DNA of 62,214 nt, counting the filler, from Sphacelaria rigidula (taxonomy: Eukaryota): assembly GCA_964200075.2 (NCBI GenBank). It is 7 parts of 7 records of this genome, joined end to end, with 100 filler letters (N's around TTAATTAATTAA, not from the genome) between each part and the next. Parts side by side here need not be neighbours in the genome. Positions count along the whole stretch, not along the records: positions 1 to 8,803 come from CAXNAA020010056.1; positions 8,904 to 17,706 come from CAXNAA020010057.1; 5 more parts are not named here. One strand, given 5' to 3'. Under the pieces are notes generated by a model. It saw nothing but the letters and a program-made list of their open reading frames with translations, was not told the origin of the DNA and made no database searches. Made by a program: the position numbers and the translations under genes. Below, in pieces: positions 1 through 10,877 of this stretch. The first letter of the stretch is position 1, and every line of letters starts with the position of its first letter.

Positions 1-399
1 AAAAGTAATAACTCGAGCGCACGAGTCATGCTCGTGTTTTCGAAAAACACAACGAGTGCACTCGTCTCGACGAGTGATGGCTCGTCCGACGTATGTAGTT
101 TTTCTCCGCGCGCCACTGATTACAATTTTGAGTTGAAGCCTTCTAAAAACAGAATTGCGGTGAACCTATCAGATCGAGAAAAAATATCGACCGCACTTCA
201 GACTACATAGTGATGAGTCCATTCAAATTGATCCAACACACACAAATCAGGGGGAATCTGGGTATGTATCGTGAAAACAAGACGTACATGCTCCGACGAC
301 TTCTAGCCTTTGGATAACAAGTTGGGTCCAGCTGCTGCACGTAGGGAGTGCATCGCGTCCGGTATTACTGGGTATACCCCCGGTATTTACCGGGATATC

Positions 400-755
400 C
401 CATACCGTGGTATACATAGGTATCGTAGGTGTGGGTTTTGAAAATATTCGATTGAGCGGGTACGATAGGTCTTGAAATATCGAAATACCGTGGTATCATC
501 GGTAACGTAAATATGAGTTTTGAAAATACCTGATCAAGGGGGCACGGTAGATATTGAAATCTCGAAATACCGTGGCATTGTTGGTATCGAGGTATAATTT
601 TTGAAAATACCCGATTGGGCGGGTACGGTAGGTATTGGAATCTCGAAATACCGTGGTATCGTCGGTATCGTAGATATGAGTTCTGAAAATACCTGATCGA
701 GGGGGCACGGTAGATATTGGAATCTCGAAATACCGTGGTATCGTCGGTATCGTAG
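400..755. repeat. Tandem repeat, about 77-bp unit, roughly 4 copies
   Basis: Recurring unit GAAAATACC...GGCACGGTAGATATTGGAATCTCGAAATACCGTGGTATCGTCGGTATCG. The same family occurs at 35750-35812 and 36176-36395. Confidence 0.85.
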
Positions 756-850
756 TAAGTGGGGAGAAGTAAAAAAAATGCTTTCGGGATACACACATGA
801 ATAAAGTAAAAGAAAAGAGTAAGAAACAAAAAGGCAAAATAGACGTGATT

Positions 851-1846
851 CTACGAGAGTCGCACGTACATACTACGGTGAAGAAAATGTATTCTGATTA
901 ATGTGGTTGAACCGAAGCTGAAATATGCGTGAGATTTATGGGGCGAAAACGCGAAGTTGGTGAAGAAGCTGGAGGCAGTGCAGATGAGAGCAGCTAAGAA
1001 AATGCTTTGATGCTTCAAACGACAGAGACATGAGAAAACTGAAATTGCGATATAGCGTAAGGAGTATGCCAAGAGGAAAATGGCCAGCCCTGGTTGATAG
1101 AGCCGTATGGAAGAAAATGACGGCAGGGCAGGCTGAAATAACGTGGGATGGCGTAGTCGAGAACGCATGGAAGAAAAGAAGAGGAAACAAAGACGAGATA
1201 ATGTCCATGGTTGAATGTGATCAGTACAAGACAAAAGTAAGAGACCTGATACAAATAAGGGGAGAAGAAGCGCCAAGACTGAAAGTAGATGAGGAAGAAC
1301 ACCTGAAGATATACGGGGGGTGGAGTGAACAGGGATGGAAACGTGTCTTAATCGCCCAATGGACACTGCGAGAAAGTTGGAAGTGCGATTTCGGGTGGGA
1401 GACCCGGACCTGCCAGAGAAGAGGAAGAGGTATACCAGTGATCGAATGGAGGAGGAAGTAGATGCGCCCAACTGCCGCTGTGGCAAAGCAATAGAGAGTA
1501 GAACTCATGTAGTGGCAGAATGTGAACTAAACAAGTAGGAAGGGGACGCGCGTTGGACAAGGAATTGCGGAAGGTGAACGAAGGTGGCAGGAATCGTTTG
1601 ATACATGAGACAGAAGCCAGAAAACGATCGCTTTACTTGGAGATGGATGGTGGCCACAGACGGCGAATCAGGAAGGGGGGTACGATATGTAAAATTTTTC
1701 TGTGTAATACATAGAAGAAACGTGATGAGCGCCAAAATGTTGAAGATGTCTTCACTAGGATTAGAAACGGTGCTCCGTCTCGCAAGGAATACGTGGTCAA
1801 TGATCGTATGACCATGGCATGCAAGATCATGAGTACACCCCCCCCA
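851..1846 (+). mobile_element. 5'-truncated, degenerate non-LTR retrotransposon 3' end (RTEX/L1-like, C-terminal CCHC zinc finger)
   Basis: Frameshifted peptides RPKLKYA..KLEAVQMRAAKK, EEEHLKIYGG and CRCGKAIESRTHVVAEC (post-RT thumb and CCHC-type finger). The 3' UTR ends GCATGCAAGATCATGAGTACA followed by poly(C). A homologous copy lies at 45550-46125 (-). Confidence 0.8.
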
Positions 1847-2199
1847 ATGGGTGCTCCACACAACCTGTCGCCGCTGAGTATCCCTCCTCATGCGCTCCCC
1901 CGCAGCGACACCTATTCTACTCATCTCCCCTTGCAGCTGTCACTCATGAAAAATGACCCCACCCGATCGCCCCCCACACATGACCGCTCTGTTGTCAACT
2001 CTCTTCCACTGCTGTTCCGCTAGAGCAGCACCGCCAGCTGACCTACCCCTGATCGCCGTCGCAATGACCCGTACCCGGCGCGATGGCAGTTCGGCGGCTT
2101 GTCTGTGTGGGGAACCGCTGCCTACCGTGCCGCCTAGGGCTGCCTCGCCTCGTCGATGGACAGTACCCGAGGACCTGGCGCTACTGTACACCACCCGCA

Positions 2200-2560
2200 T
2201 TGGGGATAGGCACTTACGAGAAGCGCACGGCCAGTCCCCACCCGTACCCTCCTCCTACGGTGCAGGCTGCCCTCACAGCCTCACGCTGGGTCTGTAACAT
2301 CAATTCTACGCTGTCGACACGCGTCGTCCCACCGGCACGTGCAGTAGGGTCTGTAGGGTTTGTCGCCCGAGACGCCAATCTCTCATGCGGAGTGTGTGAG
2401 CCGGGCGACAGACCCTACGGGGCGAGCCGGTGCCACGACGCGTGTCGACCGTGTAGAATTGATGTTACAGGCCCAGCGTGAGACTGTCTAGGCCGCTTGT
2501 ACCTCAGGAGGAGGGTACGGGCGGGCACTAACCGCGCAGTTCCCGAGACGCCCATTCTTA
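2200..2560. repeat. Imperfect foldback palindrome, centre about 2385
   Basis: Mirror pairs: CTCACGCTGGGTCTGTAACATC/GATGTTACAGGCCCAGCGTGAG, GTCGACACGCGTCGT/ACGACGCGTGTCGAC and GTAGGGTTTGTCGCCCG/CGGGCGACAGACCCTAC. Confidence 0.85.
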
Positions 2561-2574
2561 CCGACACATCCAAC

Positions 2575-3615
2575 AGGGTCTGTCGCCTTGCTCACACATC
2601 CCGCGGTAGGGATGAGCGTCTGACGAAACTGCGCTGCCGATGCCCGCCCGTATCCTCCCCCTCCCGTACCTTGTAGTGCTGGTGTCATGTGGGTTGCTGG
2701 CCCCGTGGTGTATGTGACAGCTTCGCGACGCCACTGCCCCGACCCTTGGGCCTCGACCATGTTTGCCACACCGCCGCCAACTACACGCGCAGTCATACCG
2801 ACGCCTCTACAAGGATCGGTTGCCCGGGCCACACATTTCGCGAGATACAAGCCACCCACTACCCTTTTGGGTTGCTCTGTCCCCAGCAGCTGCTGTTTTC
2901 GGCCCTGCTGGTATTGCTGCTGACGTAGCCGCTTCTTTCAGTCCGGCGGTATACGCGGCCACCAGAACCTCGCTGAAGCGCTGCCCCTTGATGGCCGCGT
3001 CCAGGCGCGCCATGATTGCCCTAGTCCCCAACTACATCGCTGGATCCGGGTGGACGGATGGCTTAATGGGGCGGGTCATCTGAACCTTTTGGTGTTGCTG
3101 GCCAAACGTTCCAGATGATCCGCCTCATAAAGCCATCCGTCCACCCAAATCCGGCGATGTGATTGGCGACGGGGACATTATGGCCCGTCTGGATGCGGCT
3201 ATGCAAGGGCAGCCTTTTAGCGAGGCTTTGATGGCTGCGTACATCGCGGGGCTGGAGGCGGCCACGACAGCAACAATGGCAGCAGCGGCGAGAACAGCAG
3301 GCGCTGGAGGCGGACTAGCCCAAGGGGTGGTGGGCGGTAGAGATCCGGTGGGATGTGTGGCCCGGGCCACCGATCCTTGTGGAGGCGTCGGTGCGACTCC
3401 ACGTGTAGTCGGCGGCGGTGTGGCGAACATAGTCGAGGCCGAAGGACCGGGGCAGCAACGCCGCGAAGCTGTCACACACACCACGGGGCCAGCAACCCAC
3501 GAAACACCAGCAGCACAAGGTGCGGGGGGGGAGGGTATGAGCGGGCACCGGCAGCGCGGTTTCCTCAGACGCCCATCCCTACCGCGGGATGTGTGAGGAA
3601 GGCAACAGAGCCTGC
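2575..3615. repeat. Long imperfect foldback palindrome, arms about 510 bp, spacer about 22 nt (3086-3107)
   Basis: The reverse complement of 3040-3085 matches 3108-3152, and 2575-2612 matches 3575-3612. The ORF track gives near-identical peptides on opposite strands (2488..2859 - and 3159..3596 +). Confidence 0.9.
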
Positions 3616-4717
3616 TTGACCTGTAATGGGAGGGAGAGAATGCATGATTGGTCGGAAACTGCCCGCACCATCAAGATGCAGGAGGTGCTTCATTGATATA
3701 AATCGTACGAAGCAGCTAGGTGCGCAAGAGTGATAAGGGTTGATCCCTTGTAATCATGGGACTGTGATTCGTCCCGAGGGAGGAGGGGGTGTTTGTGAAA
3801 TGAAAGTATGGCGAATGCAAAAGTTACTTCACGGGAAATGTGTCACCCGTGGAGATACGTTGAAATTCAATATCGTGTTTGTCGTGATCTATCGCGTCGA
3901 CGGCCGCTGCCGGATGTTGCCGTTGGTGGAATTACCCCGCCAGGATGTCGTGCCAACGGATCTTTGTGACACTGCGGGGCCTTGCTGATACACAAACAGA
4001 CTGGGGGATCGCTTTGTACTGGGGAGAAGACGACACTTTCGGCCACAACACAGGTACAAGCTGTTTTCGACGAAACATGTGACAGGTACTAATTACACTG
4101 GCTTCTTCTGCCCCGAACATGTACTTGGACTCGGGCCTGTACCTGAACCTGGTGATTTCCAACCAAGGAACTGGAAAACCATATTTCTGCTCTCCCAACA
4201 GAAGCAAAGCAGCGATAGTATTGCGGTTTCGAGCTCTGTTTCCCCGCCTGTTTCCCCGCCTCACCGGGTTCACCTGCGACTGCTGCAGGGTACTACCGTG
4301 CACGATCTTTGCGGGCCTTTTGGTGTTGAGGATAGCTCTTCCCTCGTTGCACTCTTTGCGCTTTCTTGTGTTCGTCGGCGTCCGGGGGGTCTCATCGTAG
4401 CAGGGAAACTCGGTAGACAAACACGGTCGGCGAACCTCGAAACGAAGAGCCGGACGTAGTTCGGAGATGGGAAGAAATGGCGTACTGTTGGAAAGTGTAC
4501 CGTGTGGGAAGAGCTCAACGAATGTACGATCGTCGTTGCCGTGCTACTGTTGAGAGCAGAACACCGCCTTTCAGCTTCTTTGGAAAAGTAGCGTGTACGG
4601 TAGCTTGAGGTGTTTTTTTTTGTGCTGTGTCCATGTTCACTTCGATGTGTGGTGGTGGAACGGACGGGGAATGAAAGGAACGGAAATGGAACTGCCGCGT
4701 GTTTTATCGTTGCCCAC

Positions 4718-4751
<34 letters not shown>

Positions 4752-5498
4752 CCCACCAGACAAAACCCAAAAACACAAACACCCAAACCCCCAACAAACC
4801 NNNNNNNNNNTGGGTGTGTTGGGGTGGGAAGGGGGGGGGAAGCAAGGGGGGGGGAAGGGACTGGCGGGTGTTTTTTCGTTGGCCGCGCCCCCCCCCCCCC
4901 CCCCATTCCTAAATGGCCAGACGACTAAGGCAAGCAACACATGAGAACGCCCCCCCTCCCCCATTCCTCGCTCTCTTTCTCGACCCTTGACATTGGTATG
5001 CAATCAGAATCTCGCGGCGGTGTAGTATAGTATACACAGTAGACCTGAGTGTGGTCAGAGGATGAATTAGCTCTCGTCAGTACCCTACCTCAGTTCCATC
5101 ATCTACGACGAACGGGCGGACTTCGCCTCATCCTGTTCTTCCCCTTCACTACCGACCCCTATCACTCGCCTGTTGCTTCGTTTGTTTTCTCGACTGGCGC
5201 TCTGTTCGTTGTTGCGGAGACCAAGAAGCCTGTCGGGAGCTCCTTTGGTTGCGGTTGTTTCTCGTACATGATCCCATTTCCGTATTCACCCGACAAAAAA
5301 CACCCCACGAGCTTTTCCATCGCTTTATGTTTGTTGCGGTAAACTGTTTTGCACTGCGCTCTTTTCCTCTCTCCCTCGTGTTTTCATTTACTTCTTTTCT
5401 CTTGCGAGTCACGGTTATCATGCTGCTGCTGCTGCTGCTGCTGCTGCTTGTCCGCCGCCCCGCCGCCCCGCCGCCCCGTCTTCCCTGTCGGTACGCAG

Positions 5499-8400
5499 GC
5501 GAGAAATTTCTACACGTGACTGGTACAATCTTACGACAACGGTGCCCTGGTTCCGCCTTCGACTGCTGGAGAAAAATCCGCGACCGCCGCCGTTGTCAAA
5601 ACCTCGACCTCTGCTACGGTGGATGAAGCTGCAGACAGCGCGGCCCGAAAAGTCGCTGATGCTGTTACCACTACTGCTGACTCGAGCTCTGTCTTGCACC
5701 GTAGACGTGGGGGCAGTTCCGGCGGCGAGCAGGGTGCTGCAGCAGAGGGAGCTGTGACTGTCGAGGACAGAAATACGAGGTTCACACAGCCGATGGGGTA
5801 CACGGCAGAAGACGAGGCGGAGGTGCTGCACCGAAGGCTGCTGCTGCTACTGAGGCCCCCCGGCTCAGGGAAGCTCCGCATCCTGGTGCACTCCCGGACA
5901 AATATCAACGACAGTAGAGTATTGAGGGTGAGAGTGTGGCAAAATCTCAACACGATTGCACATGATGGTGGCTTCTAGCGTATCGTGTAATGTGTGGTTG
6001 CATGCTGCTTCTAGCAGCTTCTAGTTTGTAGCGGGTTACTTTTCAACGGCTTTGTTGCTGAATTCCGGAGGTGTCTGAACTTTGGTCGCAGATGTTGTTT
6101 TCTCATGTACGAATGCCTGTGAAGTTTGGATGTCGTTGTCGTCATTGTTTTCGGTCATTGTTCCATGCGTTCGAATCAGTGTAGCTTTTGTCGTGTTTTC
6201 ATTTACCCGCCGGCGTGCTCTTCTTGTGCGTTTGCGCGTCTAGATGCAGGGGGCGGGTCGACGGTCTGTTGTAGGGAGTCATTCTCGCAACTTCCCCCTC
6301 CTCTAGTGTTCAACCGTCCCAGCGCTCCAAATGACACGAGAAGTCACTGTTTATCCCCGGTGTGCGTGCCAATGCTATGGTCATGATACACGCCGAAGGA
6401 AAACGCAACAGTCTGACCCTTGATTCTTGTTACTGCCTTGTACACACGCTCTTCACGTGAAATCGCTATTCCTCGTCCGCTGCATCTCGTGAGTTCTTGT
6501 TACCGGCCGCATGCTTGTCTTGGTGGTTTCCTGTTGTTCTACAAATGAACGAACTAGTTTCACGCCCCCATTATCGTCCGCCGATCAATGCACCCACCCC
6601 TTCGCACTCACCTCTTTCTCGCCCCTGTATTGCAGAATTTTGTTGAGGTATTGCTCCCGCGGTCCCGCCGGAAAGAGGGGACAGCAGGGAGAGAGATTGT
6701 CTTCGGGGATCCGTTCCATCAAAGCTACACACCCTATTGGGTACCGTCGGGTTGAGGATACCGTTCTCCATATTTTTCCCGTCCACAGTGCGGTGTGCAG
6801 CCAGGAGCAGTGGGCAGGGGGGGTTATCTCTCTGTGTGCAGATGTGTGTATGTGTATTTGAAGGTAGCGACTGTACCCCTCCCGTGAGGAAATAATCCCA
6901 CGGCTGCGTTTGGCGCGTACGGGCATTCTAGGGAGGAGAGTGGAGAATGATCGCCAGCCTTCAGTCAAAGTGTTGGTCAAGACGATGAATGGCGCTGTCT
7001 CGATCTCGGATGTTCCCCCAAGGCATGAGTTCGAAACCATCTGGACATGGAGAGCCGTGTGTGCTGTTTGTTCCGTTGTGCTTGTTTTATTCCATCTGTG
7101 TTTCCTCAATGACGCTTGAGAGATTGTCAGGAAATAAACAAGAAATGTGTTGGATGTTTTTTCCCAATGCCGTACTCTGCTGTAGTGTTCTGTACTTAAA
7201 TGTACTGTACGGGGCCCTTCTTGCTGACACACGTGTCTCCTCGTCCGCTTCTTTGAACCCAACGTCGCGGCGATACGCCTTGCGGGGCATGTTAAGGCCG
7301 ACCCCTGGGCTGAGTACGTCGGCTGTGGCCATCGAGGCTGCTGAGGAGACTCTGTGTGGGATTTCACCGCACTCCTATTCCCATCGTTATTCAACGATTG
7401 CATCCTCCCTGGGCAGGACGCGCGCGGGTGTGTGTACAAGCGGCATTCCCCAGACGCTGGCTGACATGGGATTGGCCGTCCTCATACTCATCCTGATGAC
7501 AAATCAGCTTTTCGTTGCTGTCAACAGCCGTCAACACACGGGGACTACGGATAGGAGGGTACTCTGTCAATTTGATCTCATCACCGGAAAGGAATTGAGC
7601 CGTGATCCGCATATCGTATTAATGGTCGAATCAAGGGGAAGGTGCCCATCTACTCATAAGTTTGGGCCCATATTTTCTCGTTGATTAAACCGCATGTCAG
7701 TAATTCCTGTACCTGAAGAAGATAACGCCAATACTAAAATCTCTGTGAAACTATCGATTTGTGCATTCAGCCGATGGCGACGAAACTTGGTGTGGAGAAT
7801 CGCAGAAGAGTGCCGAATAAAAAGAAACGGGCCTTCGTTTCTTTTCTTTTCATGGAGGTTGGAGCGTTCTCGTGAAGAAATGGTCTTCACCATACTAACA
7901 CGTCCTCAACCAGTGAAGAAATGAATGAAAAAAATCTGGTCCAGTAAGTTTTGTTAATTATGCCCTGGCGGGGGCCCACACAAATTTTCAATACCCAAAA
8001 ACCAAATGTGGGCCGGTGAGCGGCCTGCGAAATACTGTTCCGATTTTCTACCGATCCGGTTCTTGAAGGGCGAATTCCCCGGCCAATATTTGGAGTTGGA
8101 CCCTGAAATTTGGTATGGATAATGCATGGGGCATAATAAAAAATCGTGAAGAAGCGCATTGAGGTCTTTCCTTTTTTTCGTGAGTTGAGGGCAATAATCA
8201 TTTTTCAGGTTTCAGCAAAACGCCCTTATCTCACGAACAAAAAAAAGACCTCAATGTGCCTCTTCACGATTTTTTATTATGCCCCATGCATTATCCATAC
8301 CAAATTTCAGGGTCTCTCCAAATATTGGCCGGCGCATCCGCCTGCAAACGTTCATGCAGCCTCTAGGCTGGCCCAGCCCGTATACTTTTTACTTTTTACC

Positions 8401-8803
8401 TCTTTATTTTTCATCGTGTACTTTTACATGGGATTTAGTAAACCCCCTCCCCCCTCCCCGAAAACACCCAGGAATGAAAAAAGTCGGCATGGGGCCTCGC
8501 ACTTGTTTTTGGGCACTCCTGTTCATACCAAAAATTATATGGGTGTGTATCACAAATGATGACGGATCTCCCAGCGAGTCCACTGGCCATGTATATGCGT
8601 CATAACTCTTGACTCACCCCTAACTGACGCGCACCGTCTCTTTTCCCCGCTGCCCCCCACTGACACTTTTTGCAAGAACCAGACGAACGTGCCAGACGGA
8701 GACACGATCAAGCTCGACCAGGCCTTGGAGGATGTCGTGTCTGATGTCGCCGGAGTCGAGAGTGCCCACCTGCTCGGCATGATGAGTCCAGGTCTTTTCG
8801 ATC
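5499..8803 (+). CDS. Partial multi-exon gene, unidentified protein, with an in-frame TGA at 5517-5519
   Basis: Exon 5499-5927 (cgcag|...AGG|gtgaga; ARNFYT*LVQSYDNG...RILVHSRTNINDSRVLR). It joins in phase 0 to exon 6636-6740 or 6755 (strong polypyrimidine acceptor; NFVEVLLP...IVFGDPFHQSYTPYW). A further phase-0, codon-biased exon runs from 8677/8683 to the contig end (NQTNVPDGDTIKLDQALEDVVSDVAGVESAHLLGMMSPGLFD). Family not recognised. Confidence 0.5.
7565..8379 (-). mobile_element. Tc1/mariner-type MITE, family of 23501-24687, with internal 250-bp hairpin
   Basis: Reverse-complement similarity to 23501-24687. It ends GGCTGGCCCAGCCCG-TA. Near-perfect internal inverted repeat at 8079-8332. Confidence 0.75.
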
Positions 8804-8903
8804 NNNNNNNNNNNNNNNNNNNNNNNNNNNNNNNNNNNNNNNNNNNNTTAATTAATTAANNNNNNNNNNNNNNNNNNNNNNNNNNNNNNNNNNNNNNNNN
8901 NNN
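8804..8903. other. Artificial contig-joining linker (N44-TTAATTAATTAA-N44)
   Basis: Identical 100-nt spacer with stops in all six frames. It recurs at 17707-17806, 26610-26709, 35512-35611, 44414-44513 and 53315-53414. The segments between are 8803/8803/8803/8802/8802/8801/8800 bp, i.e. length-sorted contigs. Confidence 0.97.
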
Positions 8904-9289
8904 CTCCAGGCAAGATCATGAGTACACCCCCCGCCGGATATGGTCAATGGTCAAATTACTAAGGCAAGCAACACATGAAGACCCCCCCCCGGCGCCGACA
9001 GAGTGCAAGACAGTAATAAACAAAAGTGAAACGAGCTACATCGACCATCAACAGCAGCCTCAGATGCGGCTTGTTTGTCCGTGCTCAATGACGCTACTGT
9101 CGCCGCTCTGATTAGTGGATTCATTTCTCTCAGCACCTTATTCTCCTCCGTCCGACCGGACAGAGTAGAGACAGCGAGACAAGAAAAAAAACAAAAGTAG
9201 TCGTCATAATGACTGTACTGAAATCGCCACAAACACGGTAACATTCCGTAGAGTTCGTCCCACTTGGGCTCCAAAATCTGATGGTCGAA

Positions 9290-9552
9290 TATATCACGGT
9301 TCGGATCAATTATCGCCGGTTCGAATCACTGAATCTACGATTTTTCAGGCTTGATTGCTCGAAAGAGGGATATACGTTGACCGCTGGTCAAGAAGATCTC
9401 CACAATTTTTTTGCGCCATTCTACATGCCTGGGCCGCGCGTACCTGGGTTGCAACGCTGAAAACAAACCCTAAGGATTGATTCGTACGGTAGGAATCAAT
9501 TACACTAAAATCAAGTAATTTCCAGACGAATCACTGATTCGTCCGACCCTTG
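9290..9552 (+). mobile_element. Non-autonomous DNA-transposon end (GTCCGACCCTTG terminus family)
   Basis: Similar to 41420-41660 (+), 47440-47700 (-) and 36450-36620 (-) on different contigs. Confidence 0.6.
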
Positions 9553-10877
9553 AAATATATATGAAGTACCCGATATAGTGCAGACCATCACACATGGATC
9601 TTGAGAGGGCTCACAATCTCAAGCGCTTGCCATGCGTACGCACAGCTTCCCAAATCGAGCACACTCTGTCTGAGGGCACCGTGATGCACTAATTCCCTTA
9701 CCCGAGAGTTCTCGGTGTGCCTTGAATGGCGATATGGGCCAGGGCTACCACGAGTGGTACGGTTCTTCACGAAGACAAAGCCAGTTCAATTAAGCATCGG
9801 CTGAACCGGGACAAATCTGCATAGTTACACTTAGCGCGTGTTAACCCTCATGGAGCCCAATCGTGTAGATGGCCTTCTTATGATCTGGATCTTTCAGGGG
9901 GGGGGGGGAGGGGGGGAAGGATTTCGAAACAGTGGTTCTGATGAAAGGCACAACGCCTACACAGAATCAGGGGCGTGTGTGTACTCATGATCTTGCATGC
10001 CGTGATCATGGGAATCCGATGACTTCGCATCCCTTCAAAGCCGGGGCGGAGCACGCCGGGGTTCCCCGGACCAGGCTCGCTACTACCAAGCGAGAAGCGC
10101 CGTGATGTATTCGGCAGATCGCATCAAGGGTGAACCAGGGGAGGGGGGGCTGCCGGGGCATTGCCACGCACATATTTGTGTCACTAGTCGAAACAGTACA
10201 GTGCAAAGTACAGTACGGTACGGAGGTATGCTGACGCAGCCTCCGGCACGTACAGCTGCGAATGAATATGCTGCGTGATACCAGACGCCCCAAAAAGTAG
10301 TTTTAAAAACTTGTCGTACCCCATAAAAATGAATGTTTGTTTTTCCTGTCTGACTGACTTAGCACCCGAGGGCTATAAAATTGTCGTTGACGCATATAAT
10401 TACCATACTCAAGTGACTGCGGGACCGTCAGGGCGTACTCGCGGAACATCAAGCCTTGGGACGCTATGAGGGTGAAGGTTCAATGCTTCACGCCCCTGTT
10501 GGTCGCGGAAGATGATGGCTGGAAAAAGAGAGAAAATTACACGTCAGGTGAGCAACGTTCTTCGCTTAATTCCAGAAAAAAAAAGGGAAAAACTTGCGGT
10601 TTACCATAGGCAATTCTGTTTCTGTAGTCAGGTGAGATCTCAGACGATATCTCAAATGAGGTTGTTCATTTATTTATCTCGTACTACTTAAAAACTGAAG
10701 ATCGAGCAAAGAAGACACTCCGTCACAAACATCCCATCCCCAGGATGGCAAAACTTGTCCAGGACGTACCGGAAAAAAAGAACGGCGTGGTCCGCGTCTA
10801 CACTTACTTATACTCCCCCACACAGTAGTCGGTGCTTACTTTGGGTCTTTCCCCTCTTCTCCGCACAGAGAACGTAC

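Noticed and set aside
365..837. Repetitive ORFs and a CRISPR-like appearance
   Set aside because: The units are contiguous tandem repeats without unique spacers, there are no cas genes, and the context is eukaryotic.
3620..4600. Possible retroelement gag or other ORF remnants
   Set aside because: No recognisable motif in any frame, so I cannot support a call.
4593..5003. Poly-Pro/poly-Gly ORFs, also at 17094-17754 and 42531-42974
   Set aside because: They are translations of low-quality G/C/A homopolymers around 10-N gaps and contig ends.
6585..7684. Long ORFs of 284 aa (-) and 231 aa (+), and a SECIS-like ATGA stem at 6947-7000
   Set aside because: No domain signal in the ORFs. The stem lacks a correctly placed apical AA and a matching 3' GA quartet.
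8848..8859. TTAATTAATTAA motif recurring every 8.9 kb
   Set aside because: It is a synthetic six-frame-stop linker embedded in Ns, not a biological periodic site.
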